DNA from: the human T2T-CHM13v2.0 reference genome, Homo sapiens
Length of the DNA: 64,000 nt
NCBI RefSeq assembly: GCF_009914755.1
Contig: NC_060946.1
Direction: 5' to 3' (one strand)
The notes beneath the pieces were generated by a model, which was not told the DNA's origin, did no database searches, and was given only the letters and a program-made list of their open reading frames with translations. Below are positions 29,431-42,346 of the stretch, piece after piece (position 1 is the first letter of the stretch; each line of letters opens with the position of its first letter). The position numbers and the translations under genes were made by a program.

Positions 29431-32400
29431 GATTAGGAAACCTGCAGCTCCCAGGGGCCCCCACTAATGTTCTAACTCGCAGAAGGAAGGAGTGTGTGTG
29501 CGTGTGTGCGTGTGCGTGTGTGTGTGTGTGTTTGTGTGTGTGCGGTGTGAGGTATGGGCCCCTTAAGGAAATGGAAATCAACCAACCAATGGGACAGACA
29601 GACAGACAGACAGACAGAGATTCACTTGCCCAAGTGTTCTGTCCTGTCCTCTGAATCCGCTTTCAAGTCGCAAGACGCTGTGAGCTCCAAGTCCACGCAG
29701 AGTCCGCCAAACGCTCCGGCCGCTGATCCGCTCCGCGAAGATCTGAGTACAGGCCAGCCAGGGTGGGTTTAAATAGCCTCGGGCGCAGCCTAGCAGCGGA
29801 AAGGGCGGAGCTTCACTCCTCCTTTCCATCAGTCACCCCCAACTTTCCCAGGCTACACCTCGTAGGAAACTGTTCTCCTGCTTTGATTTCATGCGCCACC
29901 TTTGGGACAATCTAAGAACTTACAGGTTTTCTTGGCCAGATTTATTAGGAATTGTATGCACTGAAACACTGAAAACCAACTAGTGGTTCTGTGCTTCCCA
30001 CGTTGTGGTTTTGACACCAGCAGCATCCTTGCCACAATCAAACCCCGGAGATCCGCAGATCTGTGTTGTAACAAGACCTCCCCCTGACCCTGATGCATGG
30101 CAGTTGAAGAAGTCTTTCCGTGTAAGCGAAAAGACTTTGAAGAAAAGGTGGAGATATGCGTAGTATAAACATTCTTTGGCTCTGGAACCACGTAGAGACT
30201 TGGGAGCCAGTTGGGTGGAGCATTCGTTGGATGAGGGTGCTCGGGTTAGGAATATCAAGGTGTTTCTCCAGATAATCCAATCATCTAATTAAGATTCCAG
30301 TTATGCTCATCTGTTTTAAAATTCCGTTTGGGTAAATTCTTTTAGTCAGACTGAGAATGGCAAAGCCTCAACCCCAATTTCCAGGGAGGGTGGAGAGCCT
30401 CAGGTGGAGTTGATCACCAATAGCCTATGGTTTAACCCATCATGCCTATAGAATGAGGTCTCCATCAAAACCCAAAAGGACTGGGTTCAGAGAGCTTCTG
30501 GATAACACTTCCTGGAAGGTAGTGCACCCCTCCCCGCATGCCGGGCCCCACATTTATTTCTGAACTTTGTGCAATGTCCGCTAAAATACAACGGCAAATG
30601 TAAGTGTTTCCCTGCGTGCTGTGAGCTCTTCCAGCAAATGAATGCAACTAAATCTGGGAGTGGTGGCAACCTGATTTATAGCCAGTTGCTGAGAAGCACA
30701 GGTAAAACAACGTAGGGCTTCCCATTGTTATTGGTGTGGGAGGCCTGTCTGGCGGGACTCGGCCCTTTGGAATCTAATGCTATGTCCCGGTAGATAGCGT
30801 CACCATTGAATTAGAAGACACACATATGTGGAGAATAATCTTTCTGGTCATTTACTGCATGTCATATTTACAATATGTAATCAAATTCTTTATCCTGACC
30901 TTATGGCACCTGGGTTTAGGACCATGATTTGAACCAAACGTTGGTCTGTCACTTTCTGAGTTTGAAACTTTATTTTGCCTTTAGCGTTTTGCTATTGCTT
31001 TTTCGTTTTCTTTTGTTTCGTTTCGTTTCTAAGTTCTGGGGTATATGTGCAGGATGTGCAGATTTGTTACTAAGGTAAACGTGTGCCATGGTGGTTTGCT
31101 GCACCTGTCAACCCGTCACCTAGGTATTAAGCCCAGCATGCAGTAGCTGTTTTTCTTAACGCTCTGCCTCCCGAAAGGCCCCAGTGTGTGTTGTTCCCCT
31201 TCCTGTGTCCATGGGATCTCACTTTTCAGCTCCCATTATAAGTGAGAAGGTGGCGTTTGGTTTTCTTTCCCTGGATTAGTTTGCTGACGATAATGACCAC
31301 ACATCACCACTGTTTTTGTTTTTTAGTATAAAGAGTAGTATTTTATTGAATAAGATTTGCTCACAGAAAAATAAGCTTAAATCTACAATGAATGCCAGAC
31401 CCTACAGCAGAAAGCAATTTTCTCACTTTTCCACACACAATGGTTCCTACTAAGTGAAAAAAAAGCCATAAAATTTCATTCACAAATGTACTACTCTGTC
31501 TCAAAACATCTCACGTAATCATGCACTGTACTAAAGCCATCAGATCAGTTCTTCAGTCAGGTTAAAGAAGTATCCCTCTAATAACTGACTTTTATAATGC
31601 TATCAATATCCACTCCCAATCAGTCTGCCATTGTTAATGGTGTACAGCATTACTGAATACAACGGAATTGATGACGCCCATATCCACAGACAAACCGTGA
31701 CTTATGATGGTTTGACTTATGATTTTTCAACGTTATGATGGGTTTATTGGAATATTAGATTCGTTTCTGAGTTACACTGGGTTTATGAGTATGCGACCCT
31801 ACACTCCAGAAACAGCTGTATAAGGAAAAACAGGAGTACTTAATAAAAATATGCTTAGTGACTTGGGATAAACCAATAGATGTTCACAAGTGATGGAGAG
31901 CCGTGAAAGAGAGATAGCGGTAAATAGTTACAATAACACAATTTTCCTGCACCTGTCGAGGATTTCCCCCAAAAAACGCAGAATGTGGGATGCACCTAAG
32001 GCATATGAAAGAGAGAGGGCAGAAGGAGTAAGAGAGAAATAGGAGGAAGGAAGGAAGGAAGCAAGCAAGGAAGAAAGGAAGGAAGGAAAGAAGGAAGGAA
32101 GGACGGAAGGAAGGAAGGAAGGAAGGAAGGAAGGAAGGAAGGAAAGAAGGATGAAAGGAAGGAGAAAACACCGGTGTTACTAAAACCCCCCAAAAAATGG
32201 TTTCCCCCTGTGGGTAAGCCTACAATGTGGATGAATCTTGAAAATATTGTGCTACGTGTTATGTCAGTCATAGCAGCTCACCTATTGTGCAATTCCGTTT
32301 ATAGGAAATGTCCACAATATGGAAATCTATGCATATGGGATTGATCGCACTAGGTAGTTGCTACCTAGGGCTGAGGGTCAGGGAGAGGGTTTGAGACAGA

Positions 32401-33195
32401 ATGAGGAGTGACTAATGTCTACAGGGTCTTTCTCTGGTCGGGGGTGATAAGACGTTTTACAATGGATTGCGAATTAAAATTGAATGTGCACAACCACAGG
32501 TATACTAAAAGCCACTCAATTCATGACCTTTAATGGGGGAATCTTACGTGGCGTAGTCTCATGGAGACCACGGCAGACATAGTGAGAGAGAAAAAGGTGA
32601 GTAAATATCTGAAACGGAGGCAGAAACAGAGAGAATGAAAAGCCCTGTGAATGGAAGGGAGAGCGAAAAGGGAAAATGGTCCTATTTACAAATGACAGAT
32701 GTGAAACTGGGGTTCACATCAACAGTGTCACTGCCAGGAAGGAGGGTCATGCTAGCCATGTCACCGGTAGTGTGGCCCGCAGGGACGCTGACCTGCTGGA
32801 GCGTCGTGCCAGCATGGGCTGTGGCAACCACGTGGGCCAGCAGGAGGTTCCCGCTGCACAGCTGTGGGGTGAGGATAGACTGGGTGGTGATATCGGCCAT
32901 TACAGGGGCCCTCTTCTGCTGGCAAGAGTGTGACAGTAGCAAGTAGATGGACAGGCCTGCGTGTGAGGACGGAATGCAGGAGGGGTTCTTGTGCGCCTGG
33001 GTGTGGGGCCCTCACGGGAACCGTGGAGAAATGGCCAGGTAACTGCGTCATGTGGGCTAGTAGATTGGCCAGGGCTTCGAACTGAAGGACGATAACGGGG
33101 AGTAGCTGTCAGGCCCTGGGAGTGCCTGAGTGTAAGTGGAGATGGGTTTGGGGTCACTGAGGGATGCGTGGGAGCCATCCCTGTATAGGTACAGG

Positions 33196-36033
33196 TCATA
33201 GGGAGATAGTCTCGTGAGGCCTGTGAGTGTCTAGGGTTGTCCTGGGTGCCTGGGGCTGACTGTGGCAGAAATCTGGGGAAGGCTGGAGAGAAGCTGGGAG
33301 ACCCAGGAGAGTCCCTGAAGGCAGGGGTGAAGAGGTGAAAGAAATGGGGGAGGGTTGCAGTAAGGTCCGTGAGTTTGTAGGTGATTCCTGGGTGCGGGAA
33401 GCTGACTCCAGGTGAAATCTGGAGATGGTTGGAGAGTAGCTGAGAGAGACAGAAGAGTCCCTGAGGGCTGGGGGTGAGAACATGAGGGAGACGGGGGAGT
33501 AAGTCAGTGAAATTCGTGAGTTCGGTGGTGTATCGTGGGTGCCTGGAACTGACTCCAGCTGGAATCTAGAGAAGTTTTGAGAGTAGCTGAAGGAGACACA
33601 AGAGTCCCTGTGGGCTGAGGGCAAAGACCTGAGACAGACCAGGGAGGACCTCAGTGAAGTCTGTGAGTCTGTAGGTGATTCCGGAGTGTGGGAGGCTGAC
33701 TCCCGCTGAAATCTGGGCGTGGTGGGAGAGTAGGTGGGACAGACAGGAGAGTCCCAGGGGGCTGGGGGTGACGACGTGAGAGAGACTGGGGAGTAACTCA
33801 GTGAAATTGCTGAGTTGGTTGGTGATACCTGGGTGCCTGGAACTGACCCCCGCTGAAATCTGGGCATGGTTGGAGAGTAGCTGGGACACACAGGAGAGTC
33901 CCTGAGGGCTGGGGGTGAAGACATGAGCGAGACCGGGGAGTAACTGAGTGAAACTGGTGAGTTTGGTGGTGACTCCGGGGTGCCTGGAACTGACTCCAGC
34001 TGAAATGTGGGCGTGGTTGGAGAGTAGCTGGGACAGACAGGAGAGTCCCTGAGGACTGGTGAAGACATGAGAGAGACTGGAGAGTAATTGAGTGAAATTG
34101 GTGAGTTTGGTGGTGATTCCTGGGTGCCTGGAACTGACTCCCGCTGAAGTGTGGGCGTGGTTGGAGAGTAGCTGGGACACACAGGAGAGTCCCTGAGGGT
34201 TGGAGATAAAGACGTGCTAGAGACTGAGGAGTAACTGAGTGAAATTGGTGAGTTTGGTGGTGATTCCGGGGTGCCTGGAACGGACTCCAGCTGAAATGTG
34301 GGCGTGGTTGGAGAGTAGCTGGGACAGACGGGAGAGTCCCTGAGGGATGGTGAAGACATGAGAGAGACTGGGGAGTAACGCAGTGAAATTGGTGAGTTTG
34401 GTGGTGATTTCTGGGTGCCTGCAACGGACTCCCGCTGAAGTGTGGGCGTGCTTGGAGAGTAGCTGGGACAGACAGGCGAGTCCCTGAGGGTTGGAGATAA
34501 AGACGTGCTAGAGACTGAGGAGTAACTGAGTGAAATTGGTGAGTTTGGTGGTGATTCCGGGGTGCCTGGAACGGACTCCAGCTGAAATGTGGGCGTGGTT
34601 GGAGAGTAGCTGGGACAGACGGGAGAGTCCCTGAGGGATGGTGAAGACATGAGAGAGACTGGGGAGTAACGCAGTGAAATTGGTGAGTTTGGTGGTGATT
34701 TCTGGGTGCCTGCAACGGACTCCCGCTGAAGTGTGGGCGTGCTTGGAGAGTAGCTGGGACAGACAGGCGAGTCCCTGAGGGTTGGAGATAAAGACGTGCT
34801 GGAGACTGGGGAGTAACTCAGTGAAAGTGGTGGGCTTGGTGGTGATCCCAGGGTTCCTGGAACTGACCCGCGCTGAAATGTGGGCGTGGTTGGAGAGTAG
34901 CTGGGACAGACTGGAGGGTCCGTAAGGGCTGGGGGTGAAGACGTGAGAGAGACTGGCGAGGATCTCACTGAGGTCTGTGAGTTTGTAGGTGTTTCTGGGG
35001 TGTGGGGTACAGACTCCCGCTGAAATCTGGGCGTAGTTGGAGAGTAGCTGGGACAGACAGGAGAGTCATGGGTGGCTGGGGGTGAGCTGCTGGATGATGG
35101 CAGTAAGAACATATGGTACATTATTGATGAATGAGGTGACTGTGAAGAATCTCCAGAGGAGGACACGGGAGAACACAATGACATGAGTGACTGTCCTGCT
35201 TGGTTAGGAAAGGGAAACGTAAAGTTGTGGAATTCTGTTGATGATGGATGTGAGAGTGGTGAAGCCCTGCGGGATGATGTAGAGGACTTCCACATCCCTG
35301 GTGAGGAGCTGCCCCTTGGGTCTGAGTTTCTGGGAGGGGAGAGGGAGAAGCTGGGTGAGGCAGGCATGAATCTTGAGGAGTCAGGGCTGGGGGACCGCTC
35401 ATATTCTCCCGAGACCTGTGAGTCTCTGGGGGACTCCTGGGTGCATGGGGCTGACTCCCGCAGGAACCTGGGGATGGCTGGAGAGTAACTGGGAGCCACA
35501 GGAGGGTCCCTGAGGCCTGGGGGTGAAGAGATGCAAGACACAGGGGTGGAGCAGCGTGAGGCTCGTGAGTTTGTAGGTGATTCCTGGGTGTGGGGGGCTG
35601 ACTCCAGCTGAAATCTGGGGTTGTTTGGAGAGTAGCTGGGAGACACAGGAGAACCCCCGAGAGCTGGGGGTGAGCTGCTGGGTGATGGCAGTAAGAACAT
35701 GTGGTATATTATTGATGAACGTGGGGACTCTGAGGAGTCCTCAGAGGAGGACACGGCAGAGCCCAATGGCTTCATTGATTGCCCATCACGGTGAGGACAG
35801 GGAAATGGGAGCTTGTGGGATTCTGGTGATGACAGAGGTGAGTGTGGTGAAGCCCTAGGGGATGGTGAATGGTAGTTCCGGATCCCTGGTGAGGAGCTTC
35901 CCCTTAAGCCGGAGTTTCTGAGAGGGGAGAGGGAGAAGCTGGGTGAGGCTCGCATGGACCTTGGGGTGTCCGTGCTGGGGGACCGTTCATAAGAAGAGCC
36001 AGACAAGACCCTACTGTTCTTAGGTGCAGACAT
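33196..36033 (-). pseudogene. Frameshifted copy, 945 aa ending HETISL (unit 6)
   Basis: Same G5 to G4 deletion at 33324-33327 and downstream +1 as unit 5. TATA at 36371-36378. Confidence 0.55.
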
Positions 36034-39000
36034 GATTAGGAAACCTGCAGCTCCCAGGGGCCCCCACTAATGTTCTAACTCGCAGAAGGAAGGAGTGTGT
36101 GTGCGTGTGTGCGTGTGCGTGTGTGTGTGTGTGTTTGTGTGTGTGCGGTGTGAGGTATGGGCCCCTTAAGGAAATGGAAATCAACCAACCAATGGGACAG
36201 ACAGACAGACAGACAGACAGAGATTCACTTGCCCAAGTGTTCTGTCCTGTCCTCTGAATCCGCTTTCAAGTCGCAAGACGCTGTGAGCTCCAAGTCCACG
36301 CAGAGTCCGCCAAACGCTCCGGCCGCTGATCCGCTCCGCGAAGATCTGAGTACAGGCCAGCCAGGGTGGGTTTAAATAGCCTCGGGCGCAGCCTAGCAGC
36401 GGAAAGGGCGGAGCTTCACTCCTCCTTTCCATCAGTCACCCCCAACTTTCCCAGGCTACACCTCGTAGGAAACTGTTCTCCTGCTTTGATTTCATGAGCC
36501 ACCTTTGGGACAATCTAAGAACTTACAGGTTTTCTTGGCCAGATTTATTAGGAATTGTATGCACTGAAACACTGAAAACCAACTAGTGGTTCTGTGCTTC
36601 CCACGTTGTGGTTTTGACACCAGCAGCATCCTTGCCACAATCAAACCCCGGAGATCCGCAGATCTGTGTTGTAACAAGACCTCCCCCTGACCCTGATGCA
36701 TGGCAGTTGAAGAAGTCTTTCCGTGTAAGCGAAAAGACTTTGAAGAAAAGGTGGAGATATGCGTAGTATAAACATTCTTTGGCTCTGGAACCACGTAGAG
36801 ACTTGGGAGCCAGTTGGGTGGAGCATTCGTTGGATGAGGGTGCTCGGGTTAGGAATATCAAGGTGTTTCTCCAGATAATCCAATCATCTAATTAAGATTC
36901 CAGTTATGCTCATCTGTTTTAAAATTCCGTTTGGGTAAATTCTTTTAGTCAGACTGAGAATGGCAAAGCCTCAACCCCAATTTCCAGGGAGGGTGGAGAG
37001 CCTCAGGTGGAGTTGATCACCAATAGCCTATGGTTTAACCCATCATGCCTATAGAATGAGGTCTCCATCAAAACCCAAAAGGACTGGGTTCAGAGAGCTT
37101 CTGGATAACACTTCCTGGAAGGTAGTGCACCCCTCCCCGCATGCCGGGCCCCACATTTATTTCTGAACTTTGTGCAATGTCCGCTAAAATACAACGGCAA
37201 ATGTAAGTGTTTCCCTGCGTGCTGTGAGCTCTTCCAGCAAATGAATGCAACTAAATCTGGGAGTGGTGGCAACCTGATTTATAGCCAGTTGCTGAGAAGC
37301 ACAGGTAAAACAACGTAGGGCTTCCCATTGTTATTGGTGTGGGAGGCCTGTCTGGCGGGACTCGGCCCTTTGGAATCTAATGCTATGTCCCGGTAGATAG
37401 CGTCACCATTGAATTAGAAGACACACATATGTGGAGAATAATCTTTCTGGTCATTTACTGCATGTCATATTTACAATATGTAATCAAATTCTTTATCCTG
37501 ACCTTATGGCACCTGGGTTTAGGACCATGATTTGAACCAAACGTTGGTCTGTCACTTTCTGAGTTTGAAACTTTATTTTGCCTTTAGCGTTTTGCTATTG
37601 CTTTTTCGTTTTCTTTTGTTTCGTTTCGTTTCTAAGTTCTGGGGTATATGTGCAGGATGTGCAGATTTGTTACTAAGGTAAACGTGTGCCATGGTGGTTT
37701 GCTGCACCTGTCAACCCGTCACCTAGGTATTAAGCCCAGCATGCAGTAGCTGTTTTTCTTAACGCTCTGCCTCCCGAAAGGCCCCAGTGTGTGTTGTTCC
37801 CCTTCCTGTGTCCATGGGATCTCACTTTTCAGCTCCCATTATAAGTGAGAAGGTGGCGTTTGGTTTTCTTTCCCTGGATTAGTTTGCTGACGATAATGAC
37901 CACACATCACCACTGTTTTTGTTTTTTAGTATAAAGAGTAGTATTTTATTGAATAAGATTTGCTCACAGAAAAATAAGCTTAAATCTACAATGAATGCCA
38001 GACCCTACAGCAGAAAGCAATTTTCTCACTTTTCCACACACAATGGTTCCTACTAAGTGAAAAAAAAGCCATAAAATTTCATTCACAAATGTACTACTCT
38101 GTCTCAAAACATCTCACGTAATCATGCACTGTACTAAAGCCATCAGATCAGTTCTTCAGTCAGGTTAAAGAAGTATCCCTCTAATAACTGACTTTTATAA
38201 TGCTATCAATATCCACTCCCAATCAGTCTGCCATTGTTAATGGTGTACAGCATTACTGAATACAACGGAATTGATGACGCCCATATCCACAGACAAACCG
38301 TGACTTATGATGGTTTGACTTATGATTTTTCAACGTTATGATGGGTTTATTGGAATATTAGATTCGTTTCTGAGTTACACTGGGTTTATGAGTATGCGAC
38401 CCTACACTCCAGAAACAGCTGTATAAGGAAAAACAGGAGTACCTAATAAAAATATGCTTAGTGACTTGGGATAAACCAATAGATGTTCACAAGTGATGGA
38501 GAGTCGTGAAAGAGAGATAGCGGTAAATAGTTACAATAACACAATTTTCCTGCACCTGTCGAGGATTTCCCCCAAAAAACGCAGAATGTGGGATGCACCT
38601 AAGGCATATGAAAGAGAGAGGGCAGAAGGAGTAAGAGAGAAATAGGAGGAAGGAAGGAAGGAAGCAAGCAAGGAAGAAAGGAAGGAAGGAAAGAAGGAAG
38701 GAAGGACGGAAGGAAGGAAGGAAGGAAGGAAGGAAGGAAGGAAGGAAAGAAGGATGAAAGGAAGGAGAAAACACCGGTGTTACTAAAACCCCCCAAAAAA
38801 TGGTTTCCCCCTGTGGGTAAGCCTACAATGTGGATGAATCTTGAAAATATTGTGCTACGTGTTATGTCAGTCATAGCAGCTCACCTATTGTGCAATTCCG
38901 TTTATAGGAAATGTCCACAATATGGAAATCTATGCATATGGGATTGATCGCACTAGGTAGTTGCTACCTAGGGCTGAGGGTCAGGGAGAGGGTTTGAGAC

Positions 39001-39502
39001 AGAATGAGGAGTGACTAATGTCTACAGGGTCTTTCTCTGGTCGGGGGTGATAAGACGTTTTACAATGGATTGCGAATTAAAATTGAATGTGCACAACCAC
39101 AGGTATACTAAAAGCCACTCAATTCATGACCTTTAATGGGGGAATCTTACGTGGCGTAGTCTCATGGAGACCACGGCAGACATAGTGAGAGAGAAAAAGG
39201 TGAGTAAATATCTGAAACGGAGGCAGAAACAGAGAGAATGAAAAGCCCTGTGAATGGAAGGGAGAGCGAAAAGGGAAAATGGTCCTATTTACAAATGACA
39301 GATGTGAAACTGGGGTTCACATCAACAGTGTCACTGCCAGGAAGGAGGGTCATGCTAGCCATGTCACCGGTAGTGTGGCCCGCAGGGACGCCGACCTGCT
39401 GGAGCGTCGTGCCAGCATGGGCTGTGGCAACCACGTGGGCCAGCAGGAGGTTCCCGCTGCACAGCTGTGGGGTGAGGATAGACTGGGTGGTGATATCGGC
39501 CA

Positions 39503-42346
39503 TTACAGAGGCCCTCTTCTGCTGGCAAGAGTGTGACAGTAGCAAGTAGATGGACAGGCCTGCGTGTGAGGACGGAATGCAGGAGGGGTTCTTGTGCGCC
39601 TGGGTGTGGGGCCCTCACGGGAACCGTGGAGAAATGGCCAGGTAACTGCGTCATGTGGGCTAGTAGATTGGCCAGGGCTTCGAACTGAAGGACGATAACG
39701 GGGAGTAGCTGTCAGGCCCTGGGAGTGCCTGAGTGTAAGTGGAGATGGGTTTGGGGTCACTGAGGGATGCGTGGGAGCCATCCCTGTATAGGTACAGGTC
39801 ATAGGGAGATAGTCTCGTGAGGCCTGTGAGTGTCTAGGGTTGTCCTGGGTGCCTGGGGCTGACTGTGGCAGAAATCTGGGGAAGGCTGGAGAGAAGCTGG
39901 GAGACCCAGGAGAGTCCCTGAAGGCAGGGGGTGAAGAGGTGAAAGAAATGGGGGAGGGTTGCAGTAAGGTCCGTGAGTTTGTAGGTGATTCCTGGGTGCG
40001 GGAAGCTGACTCCAGGTGAAATCTGGAGATGGTTGGAGAGTAGCTGAGAGAGACAGAAGAGTCCCTGAGGGCTGGGGGTGAGAACATGAGGGAGACGGGG
40101 GAGTAAGTCAGTGAAATTCGTGAGTTCGGTGGTGTATCGTGGGTGCCTGGAACTGACTCCAGCTGGAATCTAGAGAAGTTTTGAGAGTAGCTGAAGGAGA
40201 CACAAGAGTCCCTGTGGGCTGAGGGCAAAGACCTGAGACAGACCAGGGAGGACCTCAGTGAAGTCTGTGAGTCTGTAGGTGATTCCGGAGTGTGGGAGGC
40301 TGACTCCCGCTGAAATCTGGGCGTGGTGGGAGAGTAGGTGGGACAGACAGGAGAGTCCCAGGGGGCTGGGGGTGACGACGTGAGAGAGACTGGGGAGTAA
40401 CTCAGTGAAATTGCTGAGTTGGTTGGTGATACCTGGGTGCCTGGAACTGACCCCCGCTGAAATCTGGGCATGGTTGGAGAGTAGCTGGGACACACAGGAG
40501 AGTCCCTGAGGGCTGGGGGTGAAGACATGAGCGAGACCGGGGAGTAACTGAGTGAAACTGGTGAGTTTGGTGGTGACTCCGGGGTGCCTGGAACTGACTC
40601 CAGCTGAAATGTGGGCGTGGTTGGAGAGTAGCTGGGACAGACAGGAGAGTCCCTGAGGACTGGTGAAGACATGAGAGAGACTGGAGAGTAATTGAGTGAA
40701 ATTGGTGAGTTTGGTGGTGATTCCTGGGTGCCTGGAACTGACTCCCGCTGAAGTGTGGGCGTGGTTGGAGAGTAGCTGGGACACACAGGAGAGTCCCTGA
40801 GGGTTGGAGATAAAGACGTGCTAGAGACTGAGGAGTAACTGAGTGAAATTGGTGAGTTTGGTGGTGATTCCGGGGTGCCTGGAACGGACTCCAGCTGAAA
40901 TGTGGGCGTGGTTGGAGAGTAGCTGGGACAGACGGGAGAGTCCCTGAGGGATGGTGAAGACATGAGAGAGACTGGGGAGTAACGCAGTGAAATTGGTGAG
41001 TTTGGTGGTGATTTCTGGGTGCCTGCAACGGACTCCCGCTGAAGTGTGGGCGTGCTTGGAGAGTAGCTGGGACAGACAGGCGAGTCCCTGAGGGTTGGAG
41101 ATAAAGACGTGCTGGAGACTGGGGAGTAACTCAGTGAAAGTGGTGGGCTTGGTGGTGATCCCAGGGTTCCTGGAACTGACCCGCGCTGAAATGTGGGCGT
41201 GGTTGGAGAGTAGCTGGGACAGACTGGAGGGTCCGTAAGGGCTGGGGGTGAAGACGTGAGAGAGACTGGCGAGGATCTCACTGAGGTCTGTGAGTTTGTA
41301 GGTGTTTCTGGGGTGTGGGGTACAGACTCCCGCTGAAATCTGGGCGTAGTTGGAGAGTAGCTGGGACAGACAGGAGAGTCATGGGTGGCTGGGGGTGAGC
41401 TGCTGGATGATGGCAGTAAGAACATATGGTACATTATTGATGAATGAGGTGACTGTGAATAATCTCCAGAGGAGGACACGGGAGAACACAATGACATGAG
41501 TGACTGTCCTGCTTGGTTAGGAAAGGGAAACGTAAAGTTGTGGAATTCTGTTGATGATGGATGTGAGAGTGGTGAAGCCCTGCGGGATGATGTAGAGGAC
41601 TTCCACATCCCTGGTGAGGAGCTGCCCCTTGGGTCTGAGTTTCTGGGAGGGGAGAGGGAGAAGCTGGGTGAGGCAGGCATGAATCTTGAGGAGTCAGGGC
41701 TGGGGGACCGCTCATATTCTCCCGAGACCTGTGAGTCTCTGGGGGACTCCTGGGTGCATGGGGCTGACTCCCGCAGGAACCTGGGGATGGCTGGAGAGTA
41801 ACTGGGAGCCACAGGAGGGTCCCTGAGGCCTGGGGGTGAAGAGATGCAAGACACAGGGGTGGAGCAGCGTGAGGCTCGTGAGTTTGTAGGTGATTCCTGG
41901 GTGTGGGGGGCTGACTCCAGCTGAAATCTGGGGTTGTTTGGAGAGTAGCTGGGAGACACAGGAGAACCCCCGAGAGCTGGGGGTGAGCTGCTGGGTGATG
42001 GCAGTAAGAACATGTGGTATATTATTGATGAACGTGGGGACTCTGAGGAGTCCTCAGAGGAGGACACGGCAGAGCCCAATGGCTTCATTGATTGCCCATC
42101 ACGGTGAGGACAGGGAAATGGGAGCTTGTGGGATTCTGGTGATGACAGAGGTGAGTGTGGTGAAGCCCTAGGGGATGGTGAATGGTAGTTCCGGATCCCT
42201 GGTGAGGAGCTTCCCCTTAAGCCTGAGTTTCTGAGAGGGGAGAGGGAGAAGCTGGGTGAGGCTCGCATGGACCTTGGGGTGTCCGTGCTGGGGGACCGTT
42301 CATAAGAAGAGCCAGACAAGACCCTACTGTTCTTAGGTGCAGACAT
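39503..42346 (-). CDS. C-terminally truncated copy, 947 aa (unit 7; ends RRGPL)
   Basis: +1 C at 39512-39514 as in unit 4. TATA at 42688-42695. Confidence 0.45.
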   Translation of the reverse strand: MSAPKNSRVLSGSSYERSPSTDTPRSMRASPSFSLSPLRNSGLRGSSSPGIRNYHSPSPRASPHSPLSSPESHKLPFPCPHRDGQSMKPLGSAVSSSEDSSESPRSSIIYHMFLLPSPSSSPPALGGSPVSPSYSPNNPRFQLESAPHTQESPTNSRASRCSTPVSCISSPPGLRDPPVAPSYSPAIPRFLRESAPCTQESPRDSQVSGEYERSPSPDSSRFMPASPSFSLSPPRNSDPRGSSSPGMWKSSTSSRRASPLSHPSSTEFHNFTFPFPNQAGQSLMSLCSPVSSSGDYSQSPHSSIMYHMFLLPSSSSSPPATHDSPVCPSYSPTTPRFQRESVPHTPETPTNSQTSVRSSPVSLTSSPPALTDPPVCPSYSPTTPTFQRGSVPGTLGSPPSPPLSLSYSPVSSTSLSPTLRDSPVCPSYSPSTPTLQRESVAGTQKSPPNSPISLRYSPVSLMSSPSLRDSPVCPSYSPTTPTFQLESVPGTPESPPNSPISLSYSSVSSTSLSPTLRDSPVCPSYSPTTPTLQRESVPGTQESPPNSPISLNYSPVSLMSSPVLRDSPVCPSYSPTTPTFQLESVPGTPESPPNSPVSLSYSPVSLMSSPPALRDSPVCPSYSPTMPRFQRGSVPGTQVSPTNSAISLSYSPVSLTSSPPAPWDSPVCPTYSPTTPRFQRESASHTPESPTDSQTSLRSSLVCLRSLPSAHRDSCVSFSYSQNFSRFQLESVPGTHDTPPNSRISLTYSPVSLMFSPPALRDSSVSLSYSPTISRFHLESASRTQESPTNSRTLLQPSPISFTSSPPAFRDSPGSPSFSPAFPRFLPQSAPGTQDNPRHSQASRDYLPMTCTYTGMAPTHPSVTPNPSPLTLRHSQGLTATPRYRPSVRSPGQSTSPHDAVTWPFLHGSREGPTPRRTRTPPAFRPHTQACPSTCYCHTLASRRGPL